DNA of 63,298 nucleotides, counting the filler, from Octopus bimaculoides (lineage: Eukaryota): the NCBI RefSeq assembly GCF_001194135.2. It is 8 parts of 6 records of this genome, joined end to end, with 100 filler letters (N's around TTAATTAATTAA, not from the genome) between each part and the next. Parts side by side here need not be neighbours in the genome. Positions count along the whole stretch, not along the records: positions 60,388 to 61,595 come from NC_068996.1; positions 61,696 to 63,298 come from NC_068989.1; 6 more parts are not named here. One strand, given 5' to 3'. Positions 61,571-63,298 of the stretch are shown here, piece by piece. The notes under the pieces are model-generated. The model saw nothing but the letters and a program-made list of their open reading frames with translations. It ran no database searches and had not been told where the DNA came from. A program made the position numbers and the translations under genes. Each line of letters starts with the position of its first letter. Position 1 is the first letter of the stretch.

Positions 61571-61595
<25 letters not shown>

Positions 61596-61738
61596 NNNNN
61601 NNNNNNNNNNNNNNNNNNNNNNNNNNNNNNNNNNNNNNNTTAATTAATTAANNNNNNNNNNNNNNNNNNNNNNNNNNNNNNNNNNNNNNNNNNNNATATA
61701 TATATATATATATATATATATACGATTTATGTATATAA

Positions 61739-62923
61739 ACGAGGGTGGACTGAAAAGTTCGTAGGCTGACTATGAAGGAATGATGTTAGAGCTCTCAACT
61801 CTTCTTATCAATAATTGCATTGCTTCTTTCCATTAAAATGATACCTCCACTGTTCAAAGAGGACTTCAGAAGTAACTTGTAGCGACTTCTCTTGAAAATG
61901 GACAAAATTTGGTGTTGTGGTGTTGTCAAGTACATCTATAAAAATGGTTTAGCACCAAATGAACAGTGTGAAAGTGGGCAGCTGAAATTAGGAGTGGAAG
62001 GGAGAGTCATCAAGTTGATCCAAGGGCTGGACGTCCTGCAACTGCCTCTACCGAGGAAAACATTGTGACAGATTACAGGCGATTGACTATAAATTAATAG
62101 CCAATACTGTTAGCATATATTGTGAGAGAGTTGAGAAAATTCTGCACGATGAATTTTGGCATGACGAAGGTTTCTGTTCGGTGGTTGCCACGTCTTCTGA
62201 CACCTAATCAAAAGTGCACCAGTCTGATCACATCATGGGAAAATCTCACATTGTTTCACATCCAGATGGTTTCCTTGAACGTTTCCTAAGTCAGGATGAG
62301 TGTTAGCTTCATCACTTTGAGCAAGAAACAAAGAAACAATTCACGCAGTGGAAACACCCCTTCTTACCTGCTCCAAAGAAGACCAAGGACGTTTCATCTA
62401 CAAGGAAGTTGATGACCTCCGTTATATGGGATGCAAAAAGCATTGTGCTTATTGACTGCCTTCAAAAGGGCCACACTCAATGGAGAGTACTATGCCAACT
62501 TGCTGAGGTAACGAAAACCTATCAAGACCAAACAGCCAGGAAAACTGACGAAAAGACTCTTGTTTCATCAGTACGATGCTCCAGTACACAACTCCTTGGT
62601 TTCAATGGCTACTGTGCGTGACTGTAGCTTTGAACTGGTTGATCATCCTCCCTATTCTCCTGATTTGATCCCATCTGACTATCATCTGTTCTCCCACATG
62701 AAAATCAGCTGAAAACGACTCTGACAGTGATGATGATGTCCTATCTGCTGCTGACGATTTTTTGAGCAACAATATGAACGTTTTTCACCAATGGGATCCA
62801 AGCGCCGATGGAAGAAATGTGTTGACCACAGGAAGAGGGGACTATAATGAAAAATAAAGCTCATTTGGTGACATTCTATGAGAGTAACTTGGTTAGCCTA
62901 TCAACTTTTCAGCCGCCCCTCGA
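61739..62923 (+). mobile_element. Near full-length degenerate mariner with ~30-bp TIRs
   Basis: TIRs cgagggtggactgaaaagttcgtaggctgac / gttagcctatcaacttttcagccgcccctcg; RWLPRLLT, MTSVIWDAKSI, HPPYSPDLIPSDYHLF. Confidence 0.88.
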
Positions 62924-63262
62924 GTGTGTGTGTGAGTGTGTGTGTGTGTAAACAGAGCAAGAGAGAAGGAGAAAGAAAACAAGAAACATTTACACATATT
63001 GACCACACATTTATGGCATTATTATTGCTTCAATAAGTTTAACAGTCTTTATACTCACTATGTTCCACATCAATTGCATTTTATGCCAACCCAGTGAGCT
63101 GCAGTGCACAAAAGAGAATAGCTAGTAATGCTGAGATAGCACAAAAATAATGTCAAATAACAGCAAAGTCTTCACGAACATGGTGAGTTTATTCTGAGGT
63201 TAAAAAGTATTGCGTGAAAATTAAATCCTTGTGCGACAACAGTACAATGGTGCATATACGTG

Positions 63263-63298
<36 letters not shown>

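Overview
AT-rich, repeat-dense animal genomic DNA with many N gaps. The repeat complement suggests a cephalopod, probably Octopus; this is inferred, not searched. One host gene is well supported: a minus-strand long coiled-coil protein gene with seven exons traced between 18.0 and 38.7 kb, incomplete at both ends. It contains a phase-1/phase-1 two-exon module present in three tandem copies. Copy A is intact. Copy B has lost its donor and ends in a frameshift stop. Copy C is a mosaic of A and B, with a 68-nt insertion copied from the adjacent intron and a premature TAA. The rest is transposon-derived: RTE, CR1, Tx1 and R4/Dong LINE remnants, Penelope-like (GIY-YIG) fragments, mariner relics, MITEs, several tRNA-derived SINE families, a 5S rRNA pseudogene and microsatellites. 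The most unusual signal is a set of five minimal type I hammerhead ribozyme motifs with palindromic stem III, two well formed and three imperfect. One sits inside a 69-bp TIR, TA-flanked MITE-like element. Two are fused at the same position to the poly(A) ends of two head-to-head Tx1 LINE copies, forming a ~4-kb imperfect palindrome in an intron of the gene. All coordinates, alignments and folds were read by eye; no database search or folding program was run.
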